Shown: positions 48,688 to 57,377 of the stretch, piece after piece
How the letters are laid out: each line of letters begins with the position of its first letter
How positions within the stretch are numbered: the first letter of the stretch is position 1
Virus record (IMG/VR): IMGVR_UViG_3300020165_002937
Length of the DNA: 64,000 nt
Direction: 5' to 3' (one strand)
DNA from: a virus
Notes under the pieces: model-generated
Told to the model about the DNA's origin: nothing
Database searches by the model: none
What the model saw: the letters and a program-made list of their open reading frames with translations, nothing else
Made by a program: the position numbers and the translations under genes

Positions 48688-48731
48688 AGTCAACAATTAA
48701 CGATCGCTTAAATGATCGTTTTTTGTTGACT
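48688..48731 (+). terminator. Extended inverted repeat / probable intrinsic terminator
   Basis: AGTCAACAA-TT-AACGATC-(GCTTAAAT)-GATCGTT-TT-TTGTTGACT just after the FKBP stop; inner stem followed by a T run. Confidence 0.6.
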
Positions 48732-48754
48732 TTGTGGTTTTGATCTATTATACT
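48726..48754 (+). promoter_or_regulatory. Sigma70-type promoter for primase
   Basis: TTGACT (48726-31), 17-nt spacer, TATACT (48749-54). Confidence 0.75.
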
Positions 48755-48768
48755 ATCACTGAGGTCTT

Positions 48769-49710
48769 GTGAACAAGAAAGAAGCGATAAAGATTTTAAA
48801 TGAAGTTATTGGGGACTACCGGCAAACAGGCAAAAGTGAACTTTATTTCAGGTGCCCTGCGTGCAATCACAGAAAGTATAAGCTCGCTGTTAACTTGGAT
48901 AAAAATGCTTTTCATTGTTGGATTTGTGATTATCGCAGTCGCAATATTAGGCGCCTTGTTAGACGTTTTGGTTCGTATTCACAATTACAAAAATGGGACG
49001 GAACTTCAGACCGGGCTGATCTTGAGAGATTTGCTGATCTCTTTATGGAGCCAGTCCGTAGAGAAGACAAGACGAAACTTGAACTCCCGGAAGAATTCAT
49101 AAGCCTGACTAACAAAGATATTCCGGCCACCGGAATATATGCCCATAGATATCTTTCAGGCAGGAGAATTTCCAAAGAAGATATACTTAAATGGAAAATT
49201 GGGTACTGTTTCAGTGGCGAATATAGGAACAGGATCATTATACCGTCTTTTGATGATGACGGAGATTGTAACTACTTTGTAGCCCGCACGTATAACGGTG
49301 ACACATATAAATACAAGAACCCAAAAGCCTCAAAAGATATTATATTTAATGAACTATTTATTGATTGGAACACTGATTTGGTTCTAGTAGAGGGGATATT
49401 TGATGCACTGGTCGCCGGAAATTCCGTTCCTATACTGGGCTCAACCTTGCGCCCGGGCTCCAAATTACTGCGGAAAATCGTACGAAACGATACACCCGTC
49501 TACATCGCACTTGACCCTGACGCCGCAACGAAAGAACGCAGGATTATTCAGATGCTTCTTAAATACGATATTGAGCTTTATAAAATAGATGTTGAAGGCT
49601 ATGAAGATGTCGGAACAATGCCAAGAAATATCTTTCAACAAAGAAAAGAACAAGCTATTTATATCGACAGAGACGACTATATTTTAAGGGATATGATAGA
49701 ATCAATATGA
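48769..49710 (+). CDS. DNA primase (zinc finger + TOPRIM)
   Basis: CPAC...FHCWIC zinc finger, YLSGRRI, RIIIP, KYKNP, VEGIFDAL, ALDPDA; GTG start with GAGG RBS. Confidence 0.88.
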   Translation: MNKKEAIKILNEVIGDYRQTGKSELYFRCPACNHRKYKLAVNLDKNAFHCWICDYRSRNIRRLVRRFGSYSQLQKWDGTSDRADLERFADLFMEPVRREDKTKLELPEEFISLTNKDIPATGIYAHRYLSGRRISKEDILKWKIGYCFSGEYRNRIIIPSFDDDGDCNYFVARTYNGDTYKYKNPKASKDIIFNELFIDWNTDLVLVEGIFDALVAGNSVPILGSTLRPGSKLLRKIVRNDTPVYIALDPDAATKERRIIQMLLKYDIELYKIDVEGYEDVGTMPRNIFQQRKEQAIYIDRDDYILRDMIESI

Positions 49711-49991
49711 GCCAGAAATACACCATCCAGGGAATAGATTTTGAAGAGTACAACTTACGCCTGTTATACCGGATTATGATGGTCGATCAGCAATTTATTT
49801 CAGATGTATCTGACGTCGATAACCAACCACCAGATTTTAGAAGCACTCTGAGTTATTTAACTGATATTCAATTTTTAAAAAAAACAACGCAAGATGAACA
49901 GCCAAGTACGATAACTTGGTCTGCGACTGACACAATGAAAGATTTTTGGTCTGAGTCACAAAGCGAAATCGAAGTTATATTGGGACTTTAA
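49707..49991 (+). CDS. Hypothetical protein
   Basis: 94-aa ORF coupled to primase by ATGA. Confidence 0.6.
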   Translation: MSQKYTIQGIDFEEYNLRLLYRIMMVDQQFISDVSDVDNQPPDFRSTLSYLTDIQFLKKTTQDEQPSTITWSATDTMKDFWSESQSEIEVILGL

Positions 49992-50000
49992 AGTTTCCTC

Positions 50001-50029
50001 TTGACAGCACCGCTCATACTTGATATAAT
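50001..50029 (+). promoter_or_regulatory. Perfect-consensus sigma70 promoter for the SbcD-SbcC fusion
   Basis: TTGACA (50001-06), 17-nt spacer, TATAAT (50024-29), extended -10 TG. Confidence 0.85.
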
Positions 50030-50055
50030 ATAATATAACACACACCGGAGGACAC

Positions 50056-53000
50056 GTGAGGTTTGCACACATAAGTGATACTCATATTAAAAATTTAAAG
50101 TATCATTACGAATATAAGGTCATTTTTGAACAATTATATGATACGTTACGAGAGAAAGAGGTGGATTATATAATCCACTGCGGAGATATAGCACATACCA
50201 AAACACAGATCTCTCCAGAGTTCGTGGAGATGTGCTCTGATTTCTTTCGCAACTTAGCTGAAATCGCACCCACATATATTATTTTGGGCAACCACGACGG
50301 CAATTTAAAAAACAGCAGCCGTCAAGACGCTCTCACTCCTATCGCTGAAGCACTAAACCTACCAGATTTGCACATGCTCAAGGACTCTGGTGAAACACAT
50401 ATCGATGATAAGTTTTGCCTTAACGTACTTTCTGTGTTCGATCGCGACAATTGGATCAAGCCAGTAGACACAAGTAAAATTAATATTGCCTTGTATCACG
50501 GTTCTATTTCCAATTGCAAGACTGATATGAACTGGACCATGACGAATGGAGAAGACAGTCTATCTATTTTTGATGATTTCGACTTTGCGATGCTTGGTGA
50601 CATCCACCGACGCCAGTTCCTGGACGAGCACGGCCGTGTATGGTACGCAGGCTCAACAGTTCAGCAGAATCACGGAGAAACAAACGATAAAGGAATTTTA
50701 ATATGGGACATCGAAGACAAAGATGAATGGGAAATTGATCCGATTGTATTTGAAAATCCAAAGCCTTTTATTACGATTGAGCTTACACAGAAAGGAAGAA
50801 TGCCAAAGAATATTTCTATTCCGACTGGTGCTCGTCTTCGTCTCGTTAGCAATAACAATTTGCCGTTAGACACCATGAAGCGCGCTGTCGATATAGCAAA
50901 GCACCGGTTTGTACCTGAGAGTATTTCGTTTTTAAATCGTGCTGCAGGCCAAAGGGGCTCTGTCGAGGCACTGACCGAAGGGTTGAAAGTAGATAATTTA
51001 AGAGACATAGGCATTCAAGAAGAGTTGATTGATGAGTATCTTGTAGGATATGAAATACAACATGAAACCTTAGAAAAGGTCTATGATTTAAATAAGAAAT
51101 ATAACAAACTTGTCGAGAATGACGAAGACATTTCAAGAAATGTCAATTGGAAATTGAAGAATTTTGAGTTTGATAACTTATTTAACTATGGAGAAAAGAA
51201 CAATGTTAACTTTGGTGAACTTGGGGGGATTGTCGGGATCTTTGGTAAAAACTTTTCTGGGAAGAGTAGCATTGTTGACGGCGTGTTGTGGACTCTTTTT
51301 AATTCAACCTCAAAAAATGAACGCAAGAATCTCAATGTTATTAACCAGAACCAAGGGTACGCCCGCGGCAAAGTAGAAATTCAGATTGGTGAAAGAGTTT
51401 TTACAGTTGAAAGAAGGGCAGACAAGTATATCAAGAGGCTGAAGGGTGAAGAGACCCTGGAAGCAAAGACCGATTTAAATTTTGAAGTATATGATATGGT
51501 TTCGGATGAAATAATTTCTCTGAATGGCCTGACCCGGATGCAAACTGACGCCAATATTCGTAAGCAGTTTGGCTCGATTGAAGACTTTTCGGTATCCTCT
51601 CTGTCCTCACAACATGGGGCTCTGTCGTTTATCGATGAAGGCTCAACCCGTAGAAAAGAAATAATTGCCAAATTCTTAGACCTTGAATTGTTCGAAAAGA
51701 AATTTAAATTAGCCAAAGAAGATTCGGTGGATCTCAAGGGCGCCCTCAAGAGGCTAGAAGAAAAAAACTATGACGATGACCTAGTAACAGCTACAGAGAA
51801 TCTATCTGACGTCCGCTCAAACATGCGCGCCAAAAAGCGCACATGCGATAAACTAAAAAGTAATTTAGCGTCTCTTGAGATGGACTGTATCGAAACAGAA
51901 GCAAAGATCGATTCAATCCCGGCTGAAATTATTGACATCTCTAAGATTAATAAAAACATTAGGACTCAAGAGAACCAGATCACATCCTTAAATCTGAAGA
52001 TATTTGAAGATGAAGAGACGTTAAAGACAAAGCAAGGTTTGTATAAAAAAATAGTTGATTTTCTGGATGGCTTTGAGCTTGATGAATTTGAGTTGGCAAG
52101 TCAGAGAATCGCTGATAAAAGAAGGTTCTTGAAGACAAACGAAGCTGAACTAAACAAATTGTTAGACAAGCACAATGAAATAATTAAAAAAGAAAAGCTG
52201 TTGGAAGATCATGAATATGATCCAAATTGTAACTATTGTTGTGAAAATGAGTTCGTCAAAGAAGCGCATTCTGCAGTCGCCCTAAAGAGCGCAGTTGAAT
52301 CAGACCAGAGGATTGCCCTGGAAATGATAAGCTTAATTTCACAGGAAATAAATGAACTTAACCCTGAAGAAGTGGAAACACAATTAAGCAAATATTATAA
52401 AGTAGAAAAGAATAAACATGCTGTCTCCTCTGCGATTGCCGACTTGAACTTGGAGGTTGAAAGAAACAAGAACATGATTCACGTTACAACTACAGAGTTA
52501 GCCGAGTTGGTAGCAAAACGAAACGAATATGAAGAAAACAAAGAAGCAATAGAAAACTTAGAATCTCTGATAGCTCAGCTGAACAAGTTTAATGTTGAAA
52601 TTAAACAAACCAAGAATAAAATTAATTCATGTGAGCAATCGGTACTAGAGTTTGTTAAGTTGGTAGGTTCATACGAACAAAAAATTGAGGGGGTTAATGA
52701 ACAAAAGCAAGAATATAGAGATCTCCAGAGAGAATATGCTGCCTACGATCTATATATGCGAGCTATGCATCCGAACGGAATTGCTTATGATATTATCAAA
52801 AAGAAAATACCGGTTATTAATCAAGAAATAGCGAAGGTATTGGCTAATGTTGTAGATTTTGAAGTTTTCTTTGAAGCTACTGGAAATAAATTTGATATTT
52901 TTATTAAGCATCCTCGGTACGATGAGAGGCCAATAGAAATGGCTTCGGGTGCAGAAAAATCATTAGCAGCTATTGCTATCCGTCTAGCACTTTTAGGTGT

Positions 53001-53214
53001 CTCATCTCTGCCAACCAGCGATATTTTCATACTTGACGAACCTGGCACTGCGCTAGACGAAGATAATATGTCGGGTTTTATTCAGATTTTGGAACTAATT
53101 AAGGTATATTTCAAGAACGTTTTGTTGATCTCTCACCTTGATTCACTCAAAGATTGTGTTGATATGCAAATCGTAATCGAAAAGAAAGACGGATACGCAA
53201 GAGTAAATCAATAG
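50056..53214 (+). CDS. Fused Mre11/SbcD nuclease - Rad50/SbcC ATPase (T4 gp47-gp46-like)
   Basis: HISDTH, HCGDIAH, GNHD, LGDIH metallophosphoesterase motifs; Walker A GKNFSGKSS; coiled coil with CNYC hook; ASGAE signature; FILDEP Walker B; ISH. Confidence 0.92.
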   Translation: MRFAHISDTHIKNLKYHYEYKVIFEQLYDTLREKEVDYIIHCGDIAHTKTQISPEFVEMCSDFFRNLAEIAPTYIILGNHDGNLKNSSRQDALTPIAEALNLPDLHMLKDSGETHIDDKFCLNVLSVFDRDNWIKPVDTSKINIALYHGSISNCKTDMNWTMTNGEDSLSIFDDFDFAMLGDIHRRQFLDEHGRVWYAGSTVQQNHGETNDKGILIWDIEDKDEWEIDPIVFENPKPFITIELTQKGRMPKNISIPTGARLRLVSNNNLPLDTMKRAVDIAKHRFVPESISFLNRAAGQRGSVEALTEGLKVDNLRDIGIQEELIDEYLVGYEIQHETLEKVYDLNKKYNKLVENDEDISRNVNWKLKNFEFDNLFNYGEKNNVNFGELGGIVGIFGKNFSGKSSIVDGVLWTLFNSTSKNERKNLNVINQNQGYARGKVEIQIGERVFTVERRADKYIKRLKGEETLEAKTDLNFEVYDMVSDEIISLNGLTRMQTDANIRKQFGSIEDFSVSSLSSQHGALSFIDEGSTRRKEIIAKFLDLELFEKKFKLAKEDSVDLKGALKRLEEKNYDDDLVTATENLSDVRSNMRAKKRTCDKLKSNLASLEMDCIETEAKIDSIPAEIIDISKINKNIRTQENQITSLNLKIFEDEETLKTKQGLYKKIVDFLDGFELDEFELASQRIADKRRFLKTNEAELNKLLDKHNEIIKKEKLLEDHEYDPNCNYCCENEFVKEAHSAVALKSAVESDQRIALEMISLISQEINELNPEEVETQLSKYYKVEKNKHAVSSAIADLNLEVERNKNMIHVTTTELAELVAKRNEYEENKEAIENLESLIAQLNKFNVEIKQTKNKINSCEQSVLEFVKLVGSYEQKIEGVNEQKQEYRDLQREYAAYDLYMRAMHPNGIAYDIIKKKIPVINQEIAKVLANVVDFEVFFEATGNKFDIFIKHPRYDERPIEMASGAEKSLAAIAIRLALLGVSSLPTSDIFILDEPGTALDEDNMSGFIQILELIKVYFKNVLLISHLDSLKDCVDMQIVIEKKDGYARVNQ

Positions 53215-53225
53215 GAGAAGCTGCT

Positions 53226-54620
53226 GTGAAAATCAAAAAGTTAGAACTTACGGAGATTATTAAAGAAGAAATCAATAAATTTATCACTGAAGATGATTTT
53301 GATGATTACATGCAGTCGATCACGACAACGTCTAAGGCCGCCCAACGCACCCAAGGCGCCGCAAACAAAGCAACTGCACCTATGAGGGCAACTCGCCAAT
53401 TCCTAATTAACGAATGTGGAAATCAAAAGATACTCCGCGCTATGTTCGGACACGAGAATGAGCGAGATATTGATTTTAATCTTGCTGAAAAAGATTGGCC
53501 AGAATATGGACCTGTATCGGAACAGGCTGAAGATTTTTATTTCGCTGTCAGTAATCTCGTTACCGACTGGGTTGGTGATGACGAGTATGATGGTCGCTAC
53601 AATCCCAATACCACATTTCAATATTTAGCTCCAACGCGCGCAAGGTCGTCTTATGGTTCAATGATTGTGAACTCGGACGGTAACGGCCCACTGCTTGTCA
53701 AATGTAAGCTTACAATAGACAAATACATCGGACTAAACCCGGATTCTGGACTCAAGCCGCTTGAAGAAAGACAGCCAAATTTATATACAGAAGGAATTGC
53801 TAAAATGAAGATTAGAAGGTCACAACTTGAAGATATTATCAAAGAAGAAGTATCAGCCATGGTAGAGGAGTTTGGAGACGACTCACCCTTCCGAATGCGC
53901 GACATGGTGCCACCAAAGGTTCGTGGAAAATTTAAAGATACATTTACCAAGATACCCCACCCCGGACGCGCGCACTTGATGGGTAAAGAAAGAAGACCTA
54001 ACGCTCAAGAAAAAGCTGCATGGAAAGCAGCCGGTGGCTATCTTAGTGTATTCGATAAGCCGGCGATAGCTCAATTTCTTGAAGACGCAGGACTGTATGA
54101 CCCCGAATTCGGGACCAGCTCTCTCGAAAAATATATGGATAATGTAAAATACGCTATCAAGGGTGATCGCTTGGGCCGCCAAATTAACTCTCTCGTCGAT
54201 GCACTGGCGTTGGCTAATAAGACAGGCTCTCGACGCGGCCACTTAAAAACCGCCAAGAAAAAATCCAATAAGCCGCCACAATTTACAAGAGAGTCGATTG
54301 AACGAATCACCAAAGAAGAGCTTTCGAGTGTGCTCCATGAGCGCTCTAAAAGTTTCACATATAAAGTTATCGAAGATGAATTTGATGGCGGACCAAAGGT
54401 AGAAGTCGAGGGAATTGATAAAACTTTTGAGCAAATGATAGAGGAATTAGAAGGCAAAACCTTAGACTTTGGTGACGAACCACCCTTTAAATTTAGTATC
54501 GATTTGTTTGATGGTGAGCCATGGAAGATGATCGTCAACGGCCAGGCACCGGCATATATTGAAATGTGGGCAGAAATGAACGGATTCGAAGCAGAGGAAA
54601 CCGGAAAGGCATATTACTAA
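53226..54620 (+). CDS. Hypothetical multi-module protein with three leader-like motifs; putative internal head protein
   Basis: MKIKKLELTEIIKEE (start), MKIRRSQLEDIIKEE (53805), FTRESIERITKEE (about 54282). Confidence 0.6.
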   Translation: MKIKKLELTEIIKEEINKFITEDDFDDYMQSITTTSKAAQRTQGAANKATAPMRATRQFLINECGNQKILRAMFGHENERDIDFNLAEKDWPEYGPVSEQAEDFYFAVSNLVTDWVGDDEYDGRYNPNTTFQYLAPTRARSSYGSMIVNSDGNGPLLVKCKLTIDKYIGLNPDSGLKPLEERQPNLYTEGIAKMKIRRSQLEDIIKEEVSAMVEEFGDDSPFRMRDMVPPKVRGKFKDTFTKIPHPGRAHLMGKERRPNAQEKAAWKAAGGYLSVFDKPAIAQFLEDAGLYDPEFGTSSLEKYMDNVKYAIKGDRLGRQINSLVDALALANKTGSRRGHLKTAKKKSNKPPQFTRESIERITKEELSSVLHERSKSFTYKVIEDEFDGGPKVEVEGIDKTFEQMIEELEGKTLDFGDEPPFKFSIDLFDGEPWKMIVNGQAPAYIEMWAEMNGFEAEETGKAYY

Positions 54621-54621
54621 A

Positions 54622-55260
54622 ATGAAACTGTTAATAGAAAATTGGAACAAGTTTTTGAACGAGAAACAAAATGCCGCATCGATGGTAGCTTCCGCTTTTC
54701 AGAATACAGATCCGAAATATCTAGAAGACACTCTGTCGACCCGCACAGCCGGCCCCGGCGCCGCTGGTAGCACTTTTTCCGGTCCAACTTCTATCCAAGA
54801 TTTAATACAAGCCGGTTGGCAACCACACCCTCATCCGGCAATAAACACATCTATTGGAGCCATTGGGTTTAAGGCCGCAATTCCCGGTGTGTTAGGAATC
54901 GCTGATATTGACGAAGCACCAGACGAAGTTGTGTTTCAACCAGCACACGGTGGCAAAGCAATGACTAAAGAGCCAAATCCGCAAACTGGTGAACCAGAAG
55001 TTTTGGCAGAGGTTGTTGCAGATATTCCTGCTGCGGCCCGTGAAGTCAGGCACACAACTTTAATCATTGGGCCATCTAGAGAAGATAAAGAAAAACTGCA
55101 AGTTTGGACTTTTCACCCCGGTGATCCAACGCCGCAACTTCCCGAAATAACAATGCGAGAAGTTAAAGAAAGATACAACACTACCGAAGATCGCATTCGT
55201 GGCAGTAAACAAGATGCTGTTGATATGGGATACGGCTTTGTAAAGCACGGTAAAATTTAA
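54622..55260 (+). CDS. Hypothetical protein with MKLLIENWNKFLNE leader
   Basis: Leader shared with 56411..56848; body contains VWTFHPGDP. Confidence 0.65.
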   Translation: MKLLIENWNKFLNEKQNAASMVASAFQNTDPKYLEDTLSTRTAGPGAAGSTFSGPTSIQDLIQAGWQPHPHPAINTSIGAIGFKAAIPGVLGIADIDEAPDEVVFQPAHGGKAMTKEPNPQTGEPEVLAEVVADIPAAAREVRHTTLIIGPSREDKEKLQVWTFHPGDPTPQLPEITMREVKERYNTTEDRIRGSKQDAVDMGYGFVKHGKI

Positions 55261-55271
55261 GGAAACTAACA

Positions 55272-56414
55272 ATGTCAGACGAAAAAGAAGATAAAAACGA
55301 ATTTGATTTTCTGCCTCCCGCAGAACCACCTCCCGCGTTTGCGCAGGAAAAAGACAGTTACCACGAAGAAGTAGATGCAGAAGATTTCGGTATGGTTGAA
55401 GACTTCGGATTACAGATGGAATACTCTGATGAAGATTTACTCCCCGAGAATACAGCACCCTCATCTATCAATGTTGGTTTTGTCGGTGTCGGCGGTGGAG
55501 GCAATAAAATGGCTAATGCTTTTATTGAGCTTGGCTTCAACAAAACATTGCTTGTCAATACAACAGGCAAAGACATTCCAAAGAATGTCGAAGAGGACCA
55601 CGTTGTCCTTATCCCCGATTCTGATGGAATCGGCAAGAACACTGAATATGGAAAAGAGGTTTTAAGTCAAAATGGCGCGATTGTTGAAGATGCCCTGCGT
55701 ATCAAACTCGGTAAAGTTGATTGGTTATTCGTCCTTGCTGGCGGCGGCGGCGGTACCGGTAGTAGTGTTACCGCTCTGCATCCTGTCTTTGAGCGTTACA
55801 TGCGCTCTGTGCAATCGAGTGGCAAGGTCGTTTACATAGTCTCTTGGCCAACAGCACAAGAAAATCTTAACCCCACAATCGCTCGTAATGCGTTGACGCT
55901 GGCAAATGACGTCACCAAGTATCCGCATATCATTTTAGACAATGAACGAGCCACACGATTACTGCGCGGCCGCATTGGCATGCTTGGCATGTACCCAGTC
56001 GCCAACACAACTTTTGCTAAGTCACTTGCCCAAGTGTTAAAGCTCTCCACCGAGGATTCACCGATTCAATCTTTTGACAGCAAGGATTTGGAAACATGTT
56101 TGGGCAATGACGGTCGTGCCTTCTTAGGCTCAACTATGATAAAGGATCCAAATACTGCTAAGCTTGGATCGGTGATTCTCCATAACTGTATGAATAGGTC
56201 AGCGTGCCCCCCACCGAAAGGTAAGGCCGCGGCAGGTTCATTGGTTTTGGTAGTCTCGGAAGAGATGGTGGCTGACCCTAAAGTCAGTAAGAATATTGAG
56301 TCGGCAATCGCTTATGTCGGCGGTCGATGCGAGACACTTTTCTCTGGCGTTTACGTCCGAAAGAATGTGCCTGGATTGATTGCGATACTAAGTATGAATG
56401 GATTAGCGACATGA
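55272..56414 (+). CDS. Tubulin/FtsZ-family GTPase (phage tubulin) with acidic N-terminal extension
   Basis: VGVGGGGNKMA (T1), LLVNTT, DGIGKN, AGGGGGTGSS tubulin signature, LDNE, FDSKDL T7-like loop. Confidence 0.9.
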   Translation: MSDEKEDKNEFDFLPPAEPPPAFAQEKDSYHEEVDAEDFGMVEDFGLQMEYSDEDLLPENTAPSSINVGFVGVGGGGNKMANAFIELGFNKTLLVNTTGKDIPKNVEEDHVVLIPDSDGIGKNTEYGKEVLSQNGAIVEDALRIKLGKVDWLFVLAGGGGGTGSSVTALHPVFERYMRSVQSSGKVVYIVSWPTAQENLNPTIARNALTLANDVTKYPHIILDNERATRLLRGRIGMLGMYPVANTTFAKSLAQVLKLSTEDSPIQSFDSKDLETCLGNDGRAFLGSTMIKDPNTAKLGSVILHNCMNRSACPPPKGKAAAGSLVLVVSEEMVADPKVSKNIESAIAYVGGRCETLFSGVYVRKNVPGLIAILSMNGLAT

Positions 56415-56848
56415 AACAACTATTTGAAAATTGGAACAGGTATTTGAAAGAAGATGAGCAGCAATCGCTAGCGATTGACATGTCTCCTGCGCGCTCGCCT
56501 GAAGAAGTAGCGGAATTAAAATTTAATACATTCCTTGAAAAACACGGCGATGAACTTAAGCAAGAATTTGAAGATTCAATCGATGGACCTGAAGCTTCAG
56601 GAACATTCGGCTATATGGAAGAAATTTTCGATGATTATTTTCTTCGATCCGCCGGCGATTATCACAAAGATGAGGCGTATAGAAAACTGATTCAAGTCAT
56701 TGATCATGAAATCAACGACTTTTACAGTTATATGGAAAAAGGACGAACCACTTTTGACAAGGGTTTGAAATTTTTATTTATGAGAGTATTAGAAGCGCAT
56801 GATGAATTGAACTGGGACAAAACAAATAAAATACCAACAGAAAACTAA
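56411..56848 (+). CDS. Cassette 1: hypothetical acidic protein with MKQLFENWNRYLKE leader
   Basis: ATG 56411 overlaps the tubulin stop (ATGA); its stop TAA is part of repeat copy 2. Confidence 0.75.
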   Translation: MKQLFENWNRYLKEDEQQSLAIDMSPARSPEEVAELKFNTFLEKHGDELKQEFEDSIDGPEASGTFGYMEEIFDDYFLRSAGDYHKDEAYRKLIQVIDHEINDFYSYMEKGRTTFDKGLKFLFMRVLEAHDELNWDKTNKIPTEN

Positions 56849-56877
56849 GTATGAATGGATTAGCAACATAGGAGATT

Positions 56878-57120
56878 ATGATGAAAATTACAAAACAACA
56901 GCTTAAACAAATTATCAAAGAAGAATTAGCCGAGGTAGGTCAATATGGATTAGGGGTGCCGGGAGGTTCCACAAGTTCCGTAGCAGATCCACACACCGCC
57001 GCAATAGAAGCTCTTGCAGATTACATACGCAACAGACTACCGTACAGAGAAGATCAAAAGCTTTTAGAACTTTTACAAACTGCTGAAGAAGCGGTTATTG
57101 ACTTTGAGAACGAACTATAA
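56878..57120 (+). CDS. Cassette 2: small protein with MKITKQQLKQIIKEE leader
   Basis: AGGAG RBS; stop TAA is part of repeat copy 3. Confidence 0.75.
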   Translation: MMKITKQQLKQIIKEELAEVGQYGLGVPGGSTSSVADPHTAAIEALADYIRNRLPYREDQKLLELLQTAEEAVIDFENEL

Positions 57121-57139
57121 GTATGAATGGATTAGCAAC

Positions 57140-57373
57140 ATGAAGATTACAAAACAACAACTTAAACAGATTATTAAGGAAGAGATAGAAGGACTACCGG
57201 AAGCCGGCAGCTTTACGCGCCGATCTACAATCACCAAAATCATCCGCGACGAAATCATCGGTCTTATGGAGGATCAGGGGTTTTTCGAGATGGGGGCGAT
57301 TCCGCAATCCGTTATTAAAGCTGTTGAAAATACCTCCTTACGTATCGCCGACACAGTGGAAGGAATGGATTAA
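57140..57373 (+). CDS. Cassette 3: small protein with MKITKQQLKQIIKEE leader
   Basis: ATG at the end of repeat copy 3. Confidence 0.75.
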   Translation: MKITKQQLKQIIKEEIEGLPEAGSFTRRSTITKIIRDEIIGLMEDQGFFEMGAIPQSVIKAVENTSLRIADTVEGMD

Positions 57374-57377
57374 CAAC

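Noticed and set aside
55272-56414. Calling this a nucleus-forming (chimallin) phage because it has tubulin
   Set aside because: No chimallin or multisubunit RNAP gene is recognisable here, and the head-packaging genes and sigma are T4-like; the rest of the genome is needed.
56327-57377. ORF-track starts at 56327, 57098 and 57324
   Set aside because: These extensions overlap upstream genes and simply read through the repeat (YEWISN/D). The leader-bearing ATGs at 56411, 57140 and 57378 are better starts.
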